Positions 18,426 to 20,143 of a stretch of DNA of 20,143 nt are shown here, one piece after another. The first letter of the stretch is position 1, and each line of letters opens with the position of its first letter. This DNA comes from Malacoraja senta. Taxonomy: Eukaryota. A program made the position numbers and the translations under genes. The stretch is taken from the NCBI GenBank assembly GCA_038087875.1, contig CM075991.1, forward strand, positions 14,324,001 to 14,344,143, given 5' to 3'. A model generated the notes under the pieces. That model saw only the letters and a list, made by a program, of their open reading frames with translations. It was not told the origin of the DNA and ran no database searches.

Positions 18426-20143
18426 GTGGGAAGCCTTTCGCTGCTCCGAGGTGCATTTTAAACAACTTGGTACAAGCTGATAGTGAGCTCAGCTCCCCGT
18501 GCTATTTCGACGGACAGTCTGTATCTGAATCCGACTCCTCTCAGGGGGAGAACAGCCTGTTTACTGTGTTGGACGCACCTGCTATGATAACAGACCCTTC
18601 AGTGCGAGTAACTGTGAACAACTTGACCTTCACTGCTAAGATTGATACCGGGGCGGTTGCGAACGTTATGTCAACAACACTCTTCAAAAAGATAAGAACT
18701 AATGAGCAGGTTTTTTCTGACAGCTCAACTTTGCATGCTTACGGGGGAGGGGTCCTGACTCCTGTGGGAAAGGCTACACTAAGCTGCAAGATACTGGAGT
18801 CCTCTCGGCCCCTCACCTTCTATCTCCTCGATCAAAAATGCATTACCCTGTTGGGTATCCAAGCATGCCAGGAAATGGGCCTGGTATCCTTCCACCGTGA
18901 CATTCACCAGGTGCAGGCCCTCATGGACCCGTTGGCCGAATACCCCGACCGCTTTGATGATGAGCTGGGCAAACTGCCCTGCAACTACAAGATTGCAGTA
19001 GACCGCAAGATCGAACCAGTGGTCAATGCACCTCACCGTGTCTCCTTCGCCATGAAGGCCAGAGTGGAGTCGACGCTACACAGCATGGTAAACATGGGCA
19101 TCCTAAAGGCGGTCATCGAGCCCACCAGGTGGGTCTCCACCATGGTTGTTGCCGCGAAAAAGGACAAAAGCGAGATACGCATTTGCATCAACCCCAAAGA
19201 CCTCAACCTGGCCATTAGACGCCCACACTACCCTATGAGAACGGTAGAGGAAGTCGCTGCACAGGTTGGTCCGGCAACGGTCTTTTCTGTCCTCAATGCC
19301 AAAAGCTCCTTCGGGCAAATACCACTTGACGAGCAGTCCTCCATCTTGACAACTTTCGCCACCCCCTTCGGCAGATTTCGGTTTCTCCGAATGCCATTCG
19401 GAATCAACTCTGCCAGCGAGGTATTCCAACGGACAATGGAACAGCTGTTTTCCGATCTACCGTGCGCCATCATCGTTGACGACATCCTCGTTTACGGTAA
19501 GGATGTCGCCGAACACGACTTCAACCTTCGCCAGGTCCTAGACCGGGCCCGGGAAATCAACTTGAAACTGAACCCCAAGAAGTGCTGATTTCGCGTCCCG
19601 GAGGTCACCTATGTTGGACATGTATTTACCGCCGAGGGGCTGAAACCGGACCCGCAAAAAAACGGCTGCCATTTCCGGGATGCCTTCTCCTACTGATGTG
19701 GCAGGCCTACAACGCTTCCTGGGCATGGTGAACTACCTGGGGAAGTTCATCCCCGACCTCAGCAAGCTCAGCGCTCCCCTGAGGGATTTGATAAAAAAGG
19801 ACACGTCCTGGGTTTGGTTCCCCCACCACCAGAAAGCCTTCGACATCCTTAAATCCAAGCTAATCAGTACCCCACACACTCAAGTTTTTTGACCTGCAGC
19901 GTCCCATTGTCCTCACCTGCGACGCCTCTCAGTTCGGACTCGGTGCCGCCTGTCTCCAGGTCCATGACGGCCTACAGCTGCCTGTCTCCTTCGCATCCCG
20001 CACCATGACCGCCACCGAACAGCACTACGCGCAGATCGAGAAGGAGCTACTGGCCGTGGTGTTTGCCTGCTCCAAATTCAAAGACTACGTCCTGGGCAAC
20101 ACTTTCACCATTGAAACTGACCACCAGCCGCTTGTCACCATTC
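18426..20143 (+). pseudogene. pol: Pol (aspartic protease, RT, RNase H), disrupted
   Basis: Motifs KIDTGA, RMPFGINSASEVFQ, IVDDIL, TCDASQFGLGA, YAQIEKELLAVVFAC and ETDHQPL. Lesions are a TGA at 19586-19588 and +1 frameshifts at the A7 run (19656-19662) and at ~19870-19880. The gag/pol boundary is approximate. Confidence 0.92.

Larger units (their letters stand above)
17343..20143 (+). mobile_element. Ty3/Gypsy (Mag-like) LTR retrotransposon, 5' part, truncated by the window
   Basis: Order is LTR, PBS, gag, two CCHC knuckles, protease, RT, RNase H. Confidence 0.93.

Overview
This is eukaryotic, transposon-dense, non-genic-looking DNA. The repeats resemble shark/ray families (HE1-type SINE, HER1/CR1 tails, hammerhead-bearing Penelope pseudo-LTRs), so a cartilaginous fish, probably a skate or ray, is my inference from recall rather than a database result. 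(1) A full-length L1 LINE (1475-7757, +) has a 15-bp TSD, an intact ORF1, a ~0.9-kb inter-ORF spacer and an ORF2 broken by one in-frame TAA. (2) Several CR1 fragments of different ages are nested. (3) A cluster of Penelope-like element (PLE) fragments carries RT and GIY-YIG remnants and at least 7 minimal hammerhead ribozyme (HHR) motifs. Two TSD-flanked 'inverted arm - HHR - inverted arm' mini-elements occur here, and one carries foreign sequence joined at or near the HHR cleavage positions. (4) A 765-bp non-autonomous hAT-like element has an 8-bp TSD and a large internal hairpin. (5) The 5' part of a decayed Gypsy (Mag-like) LTR retrotransposon runs off the right edge. No host gene exon could be supported. 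The best candidates for something undescribed are the palindromic HHR mini-elements, and their mechanism is inference.
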